Numbered from the stretch's first letter, positions 12,191-21,255 are shown. The stretch is 64,000 nt of DNA from Gammaproteobacteria bacterium (GCA_015492075.1 WGFU01000037.1:1425-65424), one strand, 5' to 3'. The notes: generated from the letters alone by a model not told the origin. Made by a program: numbers and translations.

Positions 12191-12706
12191 ATGCCTGCCA
12201 ATGATCAAGACCAGCGCCTAATTGTCTTTTTATTAGGCTCGGCATTTTTTTTGTTTATCGGTACTACGCATGGCGTCGTACAGGTCTTGCCCGGAATTAG
12301 AGACTGGCTGGTCTCGGTCGGCACTCCGGTGAGCGGCCCCGGCCATATGATTGACCCCCTGGCCCACGCCCATATCAATCTGGTAGGCGGTATGGTGCTG
12401 ATCGGCATGGCAATGAGCTATTATCTGTTTCCACGCATTGCTGGCTGCCGCATCTGGTCGAGCCGATTGATCAGTCATTCATTTTGGTGGACTGCTGCCG
12501 GCGTAGTCGGGTTCTACAGCACCTTGATGGTATTTGGCATCACTGAAGGCAATTTGATGCGCGCCGGAGAGCTGGAACAACAAGCGGCCGTTCATGCCTA
12601 CTACGGGCTAACCATTAGCGTCCCCGCAACTATTATGGCCATTGGTTTCTGGATGTTTTTTATCAACATCTTTGCTACCGCACGCACCTACTTCAAGAAC
12701 CGCTAA
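12191..12706 (+). CDS. stand-alone heme-copper oxidase subunit I C-terminal-like membrane protein (half subunit I)
   Basis: 171 aa, ~5 TM; LAHAHINLVGGMV...SYYLFPRI aligns with the helix-X HxH region of the CcoN-like protein (AHAHLALLGF...VYYGLQ) and with the 188-aa paralog at 27115. Confidence 0.5.
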   Translation: MPANDQDQRLIVFLLGSAFFLFIGTTHGVVQVLPGIRDWLVSVGTPVSGPGHMIDPLAHAHINLVGGMVLIGMAMSYYLFPRIAGCRIWSSRLISHSFWWTAAGVVGFYSTLMVFGITEGNLMRAGELEQQAAVHAYYGLTISVPATIMAIGFWMFFINIFATARTYFKNR

Positions 12707-12718
12707 CACTACATCACC

Positions 12719-13243
12719 ATGATTCTAGACTGCGGCTGCCCCGAACATTACCCAGCGCAATGGGATGGACAAGACGTTAACCTCGGCGGGCACTGCGTTC
12801 ATACTCTATCGATTCTGATGTTGCTGCATATGCCATTGGCCTATGCAAGCTATCTACAGCGCCAAGCCTACGCTATTGCCGATCTCGAATTGAAAGAGCG
12901 CTGGCCCGGTCTAGTGTTGACCAAAACCGGCATGTTCCGCGGCGAAATATTACGCCTGATTGAACCCAGCGATTCGCCATCGCGATTAATCAAATATCTG
13001 CCAGTAGATTTTAATGTTCGCTGCGTTATTCACCAGGGAAGCATGGCTACATTGCGAAACAGCGCGCGCCTGCTGCAACAGAGTTTGTTCGACGAGGGCA
13101 AGCTACCTAAAGAAATGTATCTCTGCCACCTTACCTGCCCCAGATGTGCTGATGACCGCGGCGGCGAAAAGATTCTTCTATTACGCCGCTGGCAGGCCAG
13201 CGCTACACTTCAGCGACGCCTTGATAGAAAAAAACGGTCTTAG
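12719..13243 (+). CDS. Cys/His-rich hypothetical protein
   Basis: 174 aa; CGCPEH at the N-terminus and CHLTCPRC near the C-terminus suggest metal binding; no recognisable family. Confidence 0.4.
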   Translation: MILDCGCPEHYPAQWDGQDVNLGGHCVHTLSILMLLHMPLAYASYLQRQAYAIADLELKERWPGLVLTKTGMFRGEILRLIEPSDSPSRLIKYLPVDFNVRCVIHQGSMATLRNSARLLQQSLFDEGKLPKEMYLCHLTCPRCADDRGGEKILLLRRWQASATLQRRLDRKKRS

Positions 13244-13620
13244 TCATTTTTTAGCCAAGGCAGCTCGAATTTGAGCTCAGTCTGCTGCTTACCACGGCGC
13301 AGATGCACATAGAGATACTTATCCCCCTCTTCGATTTTTACCGCCCGGCGAAAAATACCAATATGGCCATCCTGTACCGACTGCACCCATTCTGCAGATG
13401 GGTTTGCGCGTAAAGAAACGACCAGGCTCGAAGCCGGCCCACCCTTTTTCTTGGTTGCTTTTAACCAAATTTCATTATGGCCTACGCGCACTGGATAGGG
13501 GTGGGTTTCTATTTTGAAAATAATATCATTCCATAGCTGTGCTGGAATACGGGCACGCTCGCCTTTGCTGCAGGCAACGCTAAGTACACATAACAAAACA
13601 ATGAATAATAGTCGACGCAT
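13240..13620 (-). CDS. hypothetical periplasmic lipoprotein
   Basis: 126 aa; signal peptide ending LSVAC (lipobox-like); last gene of the long minus-strand polycistron. Confidence 0.45.
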   Translation of the reverse strand: MRRLLFIVLLCVLSVACSKGERARIPAQLWNDIIFKIETHPYPVRVGHNEIWLKATKKKGGPASSLVVSLRANPSAEWVQSVQDGHIGIFRRAVKIEEGDKYLYVHLRRGKQQTELKFELPWLKND

Positions 13621-13625
13621 TTAAC

Positions 13626-13934
13626 TTATTGATCCTTTGCATTCAGGGTTAAATAGTTAGTAATCTCGCTGAGTTCGGACTCGTTAAGCAAACGCATTGC
13701 CCGTTGTGCCCGGTGTCTTTGCATACGCCAAACAACTGCTTGCCATTGCGCTGCCGTTTTTGTTTCCGGCTTGGGCAGGCCGTGGCAACCACTGCAATAA
13801 CGACTCAAGATAGTGTTTGCCGGTAGTTTCTTCACTGTTACTTTCTTATCAAACGCTGCCGGCTTACTATCACAGCCGACACTTAGCACTATCGCAATAA
13901 AGGCAATCAGACTACGGTTTATCCGGCTCATCAT
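13626..13934 (-). CDS. mono-heme c-type cytochrome lipoprotein
   Basis: 102 aa; lipobox LSVGC; single CSGCH heme-binding motif. Confidence 0.6.
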   Translation of the reverse strand: MMSRINRSLIAFIAIVLSVGCDSKPAAFDKKVTVKKLPANTILSRYCSGCHGLPKPETKTAAQWQAVVWRMQRHRAQRAMRLLNESELSEITNYLTLNAKDQ

Positions 13935-14361
13935 CGCCCCGCTTTACCTCTTTGTCAGAGTCTAAACGCCCCCCTGCCTTGGAACCATAAAGACTCAGCA
14001 TAGCGTAAATAAAACCGGCACAGATCGCGATATAGACCAAGGCCAAAGCAAAGCCCCAGTTAAACCATTCACGCTCAAAGCCTTCGCGGTCACCCCAGAA
14101 AGGAAAACTCAAACCGATAGCAAATAACAAGACGGCGATAATTACCGCGACAAACCACTTGGGTATGGATGCCTGAGATTCCGGAATCTTATCAACCATC
14201 TCCCAGTCTTCAAGCCCACGCTTGGCCAGACGCTCTTCTTCCGAGCTATAGCCGTAAAAATCTTCCGCCTCCTGGCCCCATTTGGGTTGGGTCGGAGAGG
14301 AAGCCACATCACTTGTCTTTGAATCAAGGTCTTTAACTTGGTCTGTTTGTTTGGTAGCCAT
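13912..14361 (-). CDS. CcoP N-terminal-domain-like membrane protein without heme c (FixP_N-like)
   Basis: 149 aa, 2 TM; RGLEDWEMVDKIPESQASIPKWFVAVII resembles the CcoP N-terminal motif (DGI.E.DN.LP.WW); no CxxCH; start overlaps CcoG-like stop by 1 nt. Confidence 0.45.
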   Translation of the reverse strand: MATKQTDQVKDLDSKTSDVASSPTQPKWGQEAEDFYGYSSEEERLAKRGLEDWEMVDKIPESQASIPKWFVAVIIAVLLFAIGLSFPFWGDREGFEREWFNWGFALALVYIAICAGFIYAMLSLYGSKAGGRLDSDKEVKRGDDEPDKP

Positions 14362-15668
14362 TATTTTTTTACCGATACATGATTAACACGGAAACTACTT
14401 TGCCAGCCGTCACCAGCCTTTACACGCACCAAAAACGGATAAAAACCTGGTGCCAGCTTATCACTAATAGTGAAATTTACATCTTGTCGCTGTGCAGTAC
14501 TAAATCGTGCAACATCCGCCTCGAGTTGATAACTGTTTTCCGGCAAACCCTCTATCGTTACGGACACTTCACTCGGCCTATAGAGTTTGTGGGCCAGAGA
14601 GACACGATACTCATTTATTTCTCGCCCTTGCGCAGTGCCGGTGTGAGAGACTGAAAACCGATATGGCTCATACGTCACCATGCCCCAGCCAAACATGCCC
14701 AGCCCCAATATCACTAACGGTAATATCCACAACAAGCGCGCACGCAATGCAGTCATCACATTGCGTGGTTCATCCCGGTCTTGCTGGCGCTGCCCCAGCT
14801 CAAATTTAAGCAGGCTAGCGCCTGTTTTACGCGAACCGCGAATATTCTGACAAGCGGCAATGCATTCACCACAATTGACGCAGGCGTCGTAGGTTTGCGT
14901 CTGACGTGGGTCAATCTCGACAAAGCATGCTGTCTGACAAAAATTACAGCGCGCGCATTCTTCTTGCTCCGATGCATCGTAAACAATGTGCAAGGTTTCT
15001 TTTGTTTTAAAAGAATGCTGCCAAACCTTGTAAACACACATAAAGCGGCAAAAGAAATGGCGTAGATATGCAACATCGATAAAAATTATCAATACAAAAA
15101 TACTATAAATATAGTATTCAGAACCGCTCATACGCTCTTCGCTCTGAAAAGTGACAAAATTCCACAACATATCCAGAGGGTAAAAATAAAGCATTGGCAC
15201 TAATGCAACGATCATCGAAAAGCCAAGCAGTATCGCGCCTAAGCCCAGCCAGTTAACAAATTTGTTTTTTCCAGATGACACTTTCATCGGCGCGCCATCA
15301 AGCATAATCTCCGAACGTTTGCCCAGCAAACGTCGGTGCCAATAATTGGCCCACTCCGACAGCGTGTTTTGCGGGCAGCTCCAGCCACAAAAGGCAGTGC
15401 CCACTGCAGAATAAGTGATAATCAGCGCGCTCGACACCATTAACCAAAAACCAATAATAATAAAAAAGTCGCCAAAATCGATCTGCCTACCAAGTATGAC
15501 AAAGGCACCCGCCAGCACATCAATACGAAACACCCCTAACAAGGGTATCAGTATCGCGACTAATACGGTAATCGCCTGTAACCATCGGCGGCGACGATGT
15601 AATTTTTGACCAAGGTTATTATTAACGGTAATAACCGGTATTTGAGAGAGGGTAGATGGTTGGTTCAT
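14361..15668 (-). CDS. ccoG: cytochrome c oxidase accessory polyferredoxin CcoG/FixG-like
   Basis: Two 4Fe-4S motifs CNFCQTAC and CVNCGECIAAC, ~5 TM, and a C-terminal FixH-like beta domain. Start taken at Met52 of the 486-aa ORF (MNQPS...) to avoid overlap with the upstream gene. Confidence 0.7.
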   Translation of the reverse strand: MNQPSTLSQIPVITVNNNLGQKLHRRRRWLQAITVLVAILIPLLGVFRIDVLAGAFVILGRQIDFGDFFIIIGFWLMVSSALIITYSAVGTAFCGWSCPQNTLSEWANYWHRRLLGKRSEIMLDGAPMKVSSGKNKFVNWLGLGAILLGFSMIVALVPMLYFYPLDMLWNFVTFQSEERMSGSEYYIYSIFVLIIFIDVAYLRHFFCRFMCVYKVWQHSFKTKETLHIVYDASEQEECARCNFCQTACFVEIDPRQTQTYDACVNCGECIAACQNIRGSRKTGASLLKFELGQRQQDRDEPRNVMTALRARLLWILPLVILGLGMFGWGMVTYEPYRFSVSHTGTAQGREINEYRVSLAHKLYRPSEVSVTIEGLPENSYQLEADVARFSTAQRQDVNFTISDKLAPGFYPFLVRVKAGDGWQSSFRVNHVSVKK

Positions 15669-15690
15669 AGCTGCTTCGCTTATTCTTGCT

Positions 15691-18300
15691 CTACTCGACC
15701 CGGAAGGGTTCTGATTCATACAATGGACTAATCTGATGTAACTGATCCAAGTATTGACGACTGGCGTTGTCATCTTCCAAACGCTGCGCCAAACGCAACA
15801 AGGCCGCAAGCGTAGGTACATGACCCGGCTTAACGGCCAGAATTCGCATCAAACCGGCTTTCTCTGTTTCAGTCGCGACTGTCATGCCAGACATGGACGC
15901 TAACATTCGGTCTGCCAGTGTACCACTGACCCATTGGTCACGTGGATTCCCGCGGTAGGCGAATTGCAAAAAACGCTGTGCTCGCTCGCTGTCACCACGC
16001 AGTTGCGCCTGCCAACTGCGCATTGATGCATCAACAGACAAATAAGAGCGTTCGAAACTTTGCAGATCAGCATATTCAATAGCAAGTTCCTGCGCTGATT
16101 CCCGTGCCTGCGGCCGCTGTGCCAGCAACCAGGAAATAACTTGCTGTAAATCAATCTCGCCACTGTAGCGCACTCGCGGCAAATGATATTCGATACGCGG
16201 CCGCCATTCGTCTTCGATAATACTTGATGGACTATCGATACGGCCGAAATAACGCCCAAGCCATGTCCAAACTCCTTCCCCTCCGGTCTTGCTTTGATCG
16301 GATTCAATGTTGTTTCTGTTGGCCAGCAGATGGCTAGCGCTGATCGCACCATCCTTGCCGCCTACCATCGCCAACCTAAAACCATCGACAAACAAACTAG
16401 CACCGGGGAAGCTTTGTTGAAAACTCTTGAGCACAATTTGCAACGCCTCCAGGTCAAACTGATTTAGCGCCAACCATTGTACAAACAGACCATTGTCGTT
16501 CAGACGCGCTTTAACCCTCTCAAACTGCTGCGATGACAACAACCGACTGCGGCCAACCATGTCAGGATGAAACAAATCGCCAATGATGACATCGTAATGT
16601 TCATGGTTACGCATCAGGTAGCGACGTGCATCATCACGCACGATACGCGCCTTATTGATCACATCACGATTAAGCGGTGAAAACCATTTTTCGGCCGATT
16701 CGATAACGCCTGCCGATAACTCCACCGCAGTGATATCAACATCAAAATCCAGTGCTGCCGATGCAGATATTCCTGTTCCCAAACCCAGGAACAATACTGT
16801 TTCAGCTTTAGAATGCAATAACAAAGGTAAGCGTGCCTGGTTTCTTTGTGCGACCACCGCTGTTGGCTCTGTCGATGCATCCATACGCTGTAAATCTGAC
16901 AACAGCAGACGCTGACCTTCGTTGGTTTCAACCACATGGGTCATCGCTATCGCATCTTCATGTATAAATAGCGTAGAACGACTGTTCGCATGCGCTTGCG
17001 GTAAAAGCTTGGTTACCGACGGCAAATCAGAAAAAACGGCAAAACTAACCAGCAACACTGGCAAGGCCAGCCATAACCTGCGCCACTGGCACCAACGCAT
17101 ACCTACGACAAACAATGTGAGTGCGGCAACAAGAATAGTCGCCGGAGTACCAATTAATGGCATTAATACAAACCCGGCCAACATAGCGCCAAGACCGGCA
17201 CCCACCGCATTAGCGCCATAGAGCCAAGCGCCGGCACTTGCCGAGTCGGCATACGCTCTCACCAATAATGGTAACCATGCGCCAAGACAAAATGTGACAG
17301 TAACCGTCGCCAGCGCTAATACGGCACCTTGCTTCATGAGTACATTCGGTAGCGAGCTGTATGTCAGCGTCTCCGCCCATGCCGATATCGACGGCAGACT
17401 GATTAATGAAACCACTGCTGCAAACGCCGCCACAAGGGGTAATAGATTCAACCAGATGCGGTGTCGCCCCCATTGGGATAAGGCGCTGCCCAGTGCGGTT
17501 CCGACCAGAAACACGGCAATAATCACTGCCAGCACATATTCGGTTCGTAACAATGCCATACCATAGAGCCGCGCCCATGCAACCTGCAATATCAGCGCCG
17601 CTGCACCAATTAAGGCGTAACTCAATAAATCATTAACTGCTGGCCTCGGCTGGCGATGGCCCGTATCTGTGCTTATCGCTGGCATCGACTGTGATAGCAA
17701 TAGAAACAGTATGCCAACAGCGATGCCCAGGGCGGCGATACTATAAAGGCTGTTAACCCAGCCTATGGCTGGCAATAATAAAACGGGGATCAAAGCGCCA
17801 ACGCCTGCCCCCACAGTGTTCGCTGCGTAGACATGGGCTACCGAAATAGACGATTCTTTTATCGCTGCCAGAATCAGGGGGAAACCCAAGCCTAGGGCGG
17901 TCGCTGGCACTAGCATAAAGAATAGAGCACCGATCACCTCCATGCCATGCCAGGCAGCTAGGCCAAGCTCGCCATAAGAACTGACGAGAACATTAACCCA
18001 GTACTCGTTGAGTGCGGGCAAAATGAGCGCATAGAGCGCCACTGCTATCTCAATACATGCAAATATCAGCAAGGGGTTTTTAAACGGTGCGAGAATTATT
18101 CTGCCTAAAATGCTGCCTAGGCCTAAACCGAGCATAAAGGCACTAACCGTAATCACCACGCCAAAATTGCTTACCCCAAACTGCAAGCTCAGCATCCGCA
18201 TCCAGAGCACTTCGTAAGACAGGGCGGCCAACCCCGACAGTGCATAGAGAGTAAGCAGGCTAATGGCGACTAAGCTTGTGTTTGACCGTATGGTGGTCAT
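15691..18300 (-). CDS. fused MFS-like membrane domain / spermidine synthase-like (PABS fold) protein with C-terminal TPR-like region
   Basis: 869 aa; ~14 TM N-terminal region starting LSGLAALSYEVLWMRML; SAM/aminopropyltransferase-like core LFLGLGTGISASAALDFDVDITAVE...DVIIGDLFHP; helical repeat tail. Confidence 0.7.
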   Translation of the reverse strand: MTTIRSNTSLVAISLLTLYALSGLAALSYEVLWMRMLSLQFGVSNFGVVITVSAFMLGLGLGSILGRIILAPFKNPLLIFACIEIAVALYALILPALNEYWVNVLVSSYGELGLAAWHGMEVIGALFFMLVPATALGLGFPLILAAIKESSISVAHVYAANTVGAGVGALIPVLLLPAIGWVNSLYSIAALGIAVGILFLLLSQSMPAISTDTGHRQPRPAVNDLLSYALIGAAALILQVAWARLYGMALLRTEYVLAVIIAVFLVGTALGSALSQWGRHRIWLNLLPLVAAFAAVVSLISLPSISAWAETLTYSSLPNVLMKQGAVLALATVTVTFCLGAWLPLLVRAYADSASAGAWLYGANAVGAGLGAMLAGFVLMPLIGTPATILVAALTLFVVGMRWCQWRRLWLALPVLLVSFAVFSDLPSVTKLLPQAHANSRSTLFIHEDAIAMTHVVETNEGQRLLLSDLQRMDASTEPTAVVAQRNQARLPLLLHSKAETVLFLGLGTGISASAALDFDVDITAVELSAGVIESAEKWFSPLNRDVINKARIVRDDARRYLMRNHEHYDVIIGDLFHPDMVGRSRLLSSQQFERVKARLNDNGLFVQWLALNQFDLEALQIVLKSFQQSFPGASLFVDGFRLAMVGGKDGAISASHLLANRNNIESDQSKTGGEGVWTWLGRYFGRIDSPSSIIEDEWRPRIEYHLPRVRYSGEIDLQQVISWLLAQRPQARESAQELAIEYADLQSFERSYLSVDASMRSWQAQLRGDSERAQRFLQFAYRGNPRDQWVSGTLADRMLASMSGMTVATETEKAGLMRILAVKPGHVPTLAALLRLAQRLEDDNASRQYLDQLHQISPLYESEPFRVE

Positions 18301-18309
18301 GGCACTTCT

Positions 18310-18684
18310 CTAAAATGGAAAAAACCAAACTACCGCTGCAATTCCATGTGCCAAGGCCAGGGTCACCGTCAAGCCTGCGCTGATCATATGCCAGACGAAC
18401 ACCTGTTTACCATATATGGCCATGCTAATACCCAGCACTGCTGTCGTCAGCACCAGTATTAACAAACTGCTACCCATAACAAAAAGGATGCTGTGTTTTT
18501 GCTTGATGCTGATCGCTCGTGGGCCGAGATCGATATCCTTGTCGGTAAACTCGCTGATCACATCCATGGCGTTATCGGTGGTTGTCACCGCATCGGTAGA
18601 CGCTACTACGGAGCTACCAAATAGCAGCGCCAGCACAAAGCCCACGGTTAAATAACGGCGACGCAACTGCAATAACATGGTCAT
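18310..18684 (-). CDS. hypothetical membrane protein
   Basis: 124 aa; signal peptide plus 2 TM; translationally coupled in the polycistron (4-nt overlap with upstream gene). Confidence 0.4.
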   Translation of the reverse strand: MTMLLQLRRRYLTVGFVLALLFGSSVVASTDAVTTTDNAMDVISEFTDKDIDLGPRAISIKQKHSILFVMGSSLLILVLTTAVLGISMAIYGKQVFVWHMISAGLTVTLALAHGIAAVVWFFPF

Positions 18685-18920
18685 TCAGAATCGGCATCGA
18701 TTTTGTTCTTGCCACTGTAGCGGCGTAAAGCAAAATACCAATACAAGATAGCCAACAGTACAAAAGGGGCCAATACTAAAAAACTGAGAAAAATAAAAAT
18801 CGCCCATGGCGTCTCAATCGTGACGTGAAAAAAACTATAACTGTCGATACCTGCCTGGGCCGAGGCCATTGGCAACAGCAATAACAAAAAAGCATATATG
18901 TTGTGTTTAAAATTAAGCAT
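18681..18920 (-). CDS. hypothetical small membrane protein
   Basis: 79 aa; signal peptide LLLLLPMASAQA plus 1 TM; starts 2 nt after the FGE gene stop. Confidence 0.4.
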   Translation of the reverse strand: MLNFKHNIYAFLLLLLPMASAQAGIDSYSFFHVTIETPWAIFIFLSFLVLAPFVLLAILYWYFALRRYSGKNKIDADSE

Positions 18921-18922
18921 AA

Positions 18923-19993
18923 TTAACCCTGTTCGCCTGTAATATCCTTAACGCAGCGAAAACCATAAAAATCCGAAGCATAGTGAGGAAACGAGTAATT
19001 ACGATGGTAAGAAGAGGTGGCAAAAGGATCACTTTTAAACGAACCGCCGCGCATCACCACATAGCTTGCTTCAACTTCAACCAAGTCGACAACTTTCAGT
19101 GACTTATCCAGCGATGTCGTTGCCTTGCCTATTTTTGGAATAAAGAGTTCCGCTGGTGCGTCGCTGCCTTGATACGCCTTGAATTCGTCTGCGGTCCATT
19201 CGCTAACATTACCTGCCATATCAAACACCCCATAAGGGCTTGCACCAGCAGGATAGCGCGTGACATCGGTCGCAGAACCAACATTATAGTAAGTATTAAG
19301 GTTGTCAGCGTCCATAATATTGCCCCATGGCCAGCGACGACCGTCGACACCGCGAGCGGCCTTTTCCCACTCCATCTCTCGAGGCAATCTTGCCCCTGCC
19401 CAATCGCAATACGCTGCCGCATCATACCAGGACACCATGGTCACTGGCGCCAACAAATCACCTGGTCGCATGCGACCGCCGTCCCAGTGTAAAGGCGGTC
19501 GATGCCCCGTATCGGCAACGAAGCGCGCATATTCCGCATTCGTCACGGGATACTTTCTAATAAAATAGGTATCAAGCCAGGGCCTATGCTCAGGCTTATC
19601 CTGGTCGTTAGCCAGCTTGCGGTTGGTACCCATAATAAACTCGCCAGCTGGGATCTCTATCCAAGTCCCTAGCTCCGACCAAATATCGTCTTTGAGTAAT
19701 TGCTCAGCTTGCTCAATGCTATAGGTGGTTGCGACCGTGTTTAACGCTTCGTTCTCCCGGTGGCGAGTAATATCTTCGCCGGCCGCACGAATGCGAGATG
19801 CCATTTCAGATAAATCGTAGGTGGCATTGGAGCGCATTTGGTCGATACGACTGCCACCCAACTGAACGATATGATAGAAAGCAAACGCGGTCGCTACCGC
19901 TGCGCAAGTGACCAGGGTTGCAGCCAAATAACTTTTGCGCTTTTTACGCTCAGCAGCGCTGACTTCAGGGCGTTGAGGGAAATGTGCCGACAT
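18923..19993 (-). CDS. membrane-anchored formylglycine-generating-enzyme (FGE/SUMF1) family protein, NirV-like
   Basis: 356 aa; N-terminal TM; FGE-sulfatase domain signatures (IPAGEFIMGT, DWAGARLPREMEWEKAARG, RGGSFKSDP). Confidence 0.8.
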   Translation of the reverse strand: MSAHFPQRPEVSAAERKKRKSYLAATLVTCAAVATAFAFYHIVQLGGSRIDQMRSNATYDLSEMASRIRAAGEDITRHRENEALNTVATTYSIEQAEQLLKDDIWSELGTWIEIPAGEFIMGTNRKLANDQDKPEHRPWLDTYFIRKYPVTNAEYARFVADTGHRPPLHWDGGRMRPGDLLAPVTMVSWYDAAAYCDWAGARLPREMEWEKAARGVDGRRWPWGNIMDADNLNTYYNVGSATDVTRYPAGASPYGVFDMAGNVSEWTADEFKAYQGSDAPAELFIPKIGKATTSLDKSLKVVDLVEVEASYVVMRGGSFKSDPFATSSYHRNYSFPHYASDFYGFRCVKDITGEQG

Positions 19994-19994
19994 G

Positions 19995-20486
19995 CTACTT
20001 GTCCGACTTCAGACTGTCTGGTTCATCCTTATAGACAAGATGACGCGGTAGCCGACCATAGGTTTTTTTTACCCATACCTCGCCCAGGATACCGCCAACC
20101 GCGGCAGACTCAATGGCGACGATGATAATAAACCCCATATAACCAATTGGCAGCAAACGCATATCGTCCGGTATCGCGCTGGTACCAGCCACGGTACTAA
20201 AATATTGATGTAGGTAAACAATAAGGGCTGGAAAATAACACAATACCTTACCACCTAGACCGTAGATAAGAGAAACAATAACACCGGCAACGAAGGGGGT
20301 GAAAACTAAGCCAATGAACAAACTAGGGTGAAAATACGAGGTCAGGTCACCGAACAGTTCCATGCGTACTCCGAATATAAAATTCAGTGCATACATCGCT
20401 GCTGCGCCAGCCGTAATGGCAATCAAGGCCCACTTAACAGCCTCTAATTTATTGCCGATCGCCATCGTTCGGACCAGGCCACTCAT
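19995..20486 (-). CDS. hypothetical 4-TM membrane protein
   Basis: 163 aa; 1-nt gap to the FGE gene; overlaps the upstream cytochrome c stop. Confidence 0.45.
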   Translation of the reverse strand: MSGLVRTMAIGNKLEAVKWALIAITAGAAAMYALNFIFGVRMELFGDLTSYFHPSLFIGLVFTPFVAGVIVSLIYGLGGKVLCYFPALIVYLHQYFSTVAGTSAIPDDMRLLPIGYMGFIIIVAIESAAVGGILGEVWVKKTYGRLPRHLVYKDEPDSLKSDK

Positions 20487-20997
20487 TACCGGTTAATTTT
20501 CTGTATTCCAGTTTTTTTAGATCCTCGAGATACCAATCTTCCACCTTCAAGCTAGCCATATAGGCCGCCAGGGTTCGTCTCTCTGACTCTGTCAGATGTG
20601 CATACGAAGGCATACTCCACTCACGCTTTAAGCGACCTTTCAGCATAGTTTGCGGGTTTTCCGAAGAGAAATACTCAAACAACCATTGTTCACTGCGCAA
20701 TGAACCGACACCGTCCAAAATTGGCGCAGGCACAGTCGCCATGATGTTTTTGACCGTCCACAGCGAATGGCATTTTTTACAGTTTTGCGCCTTATAAATT
20801 TTATCGCCGGCACGAGTAAGCTCTTTCGACGCGGTACTGTAAAAGGGAATTGATTTTTCTTGGCTAGGCGTCTCGGAAAAACCAAAATAATTACGCACCA
20901 TCAGCCCGACCACGAAGATGGCCATACCACCCAATATCCATTTTTCACCACGACGCATATTGACTACCCGTTTATATACTGAGACGATGACCACCAA
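20449..20997 (-). CDS. membrane-anchored mono-heme c-type cytochrome (paralog of 27678..28355)
   Basis: 182 aa; N-terminal TM; CKKCH motif. Shares the motif RGEK-TM...C..CH...LDG(V/I)GS(L/R)RS(E/Q)(Q/D)W(L/I)..F(F/L)S with the module B cytochrome. Confidence 0.6.
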   Translation of the reverse strand: MVVIVSVYKRVVNMRRGEKWILGGMAIFVVGLMVRNYFGFSETPSQEKSIPFYSTASKELTRAGDKIYKAQNCKKCHSLWTVKNIMATVPAPILDGVGSLRSEQWLFEYFSSENPQTMLKGRLKREWSMPSYAHLTESERRTLAAYMASLKVEDWYLEDLKKLEYRKLTGNEWPGPNDGDRQ

Positions 20998-21255
20998 TAC
21001 CGAGTAATCGCGATGTGCGCGCTCTGTATTCGCGAGTCAGCAAGAGTACTTGGGGCATACTCGGTGCTTGGAGAATCGCTCCTAGTCGATTCGAATTAGA
21101 GTGCTCACCTAATAACATGCTATTAATTTTTGCTCACGTGGGGGGCACGTAGAGAGCGCATAGCCCGCCTTCCATTCGCACTTCAACTTGCCTCCACCAG
21201 CCCCTGTGATTGGATTGACCAAAAACGCTGCAATCTAACTTGCCTCGCCAAAAGC

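Noticed and set aside
12191-12706. Interpretation of the 171-aa and 188-aa half subunit I ORFs as pseudogene fragments of a decayed ccoN.
   Set aside because: Both are intact and of similar length. They are strongly diverged from each other yet conserved at the HxH and YYxxP positions. Each is in a translationally coupled operon context with good spacing. This was kept as a refutation condition rather than the primary call.
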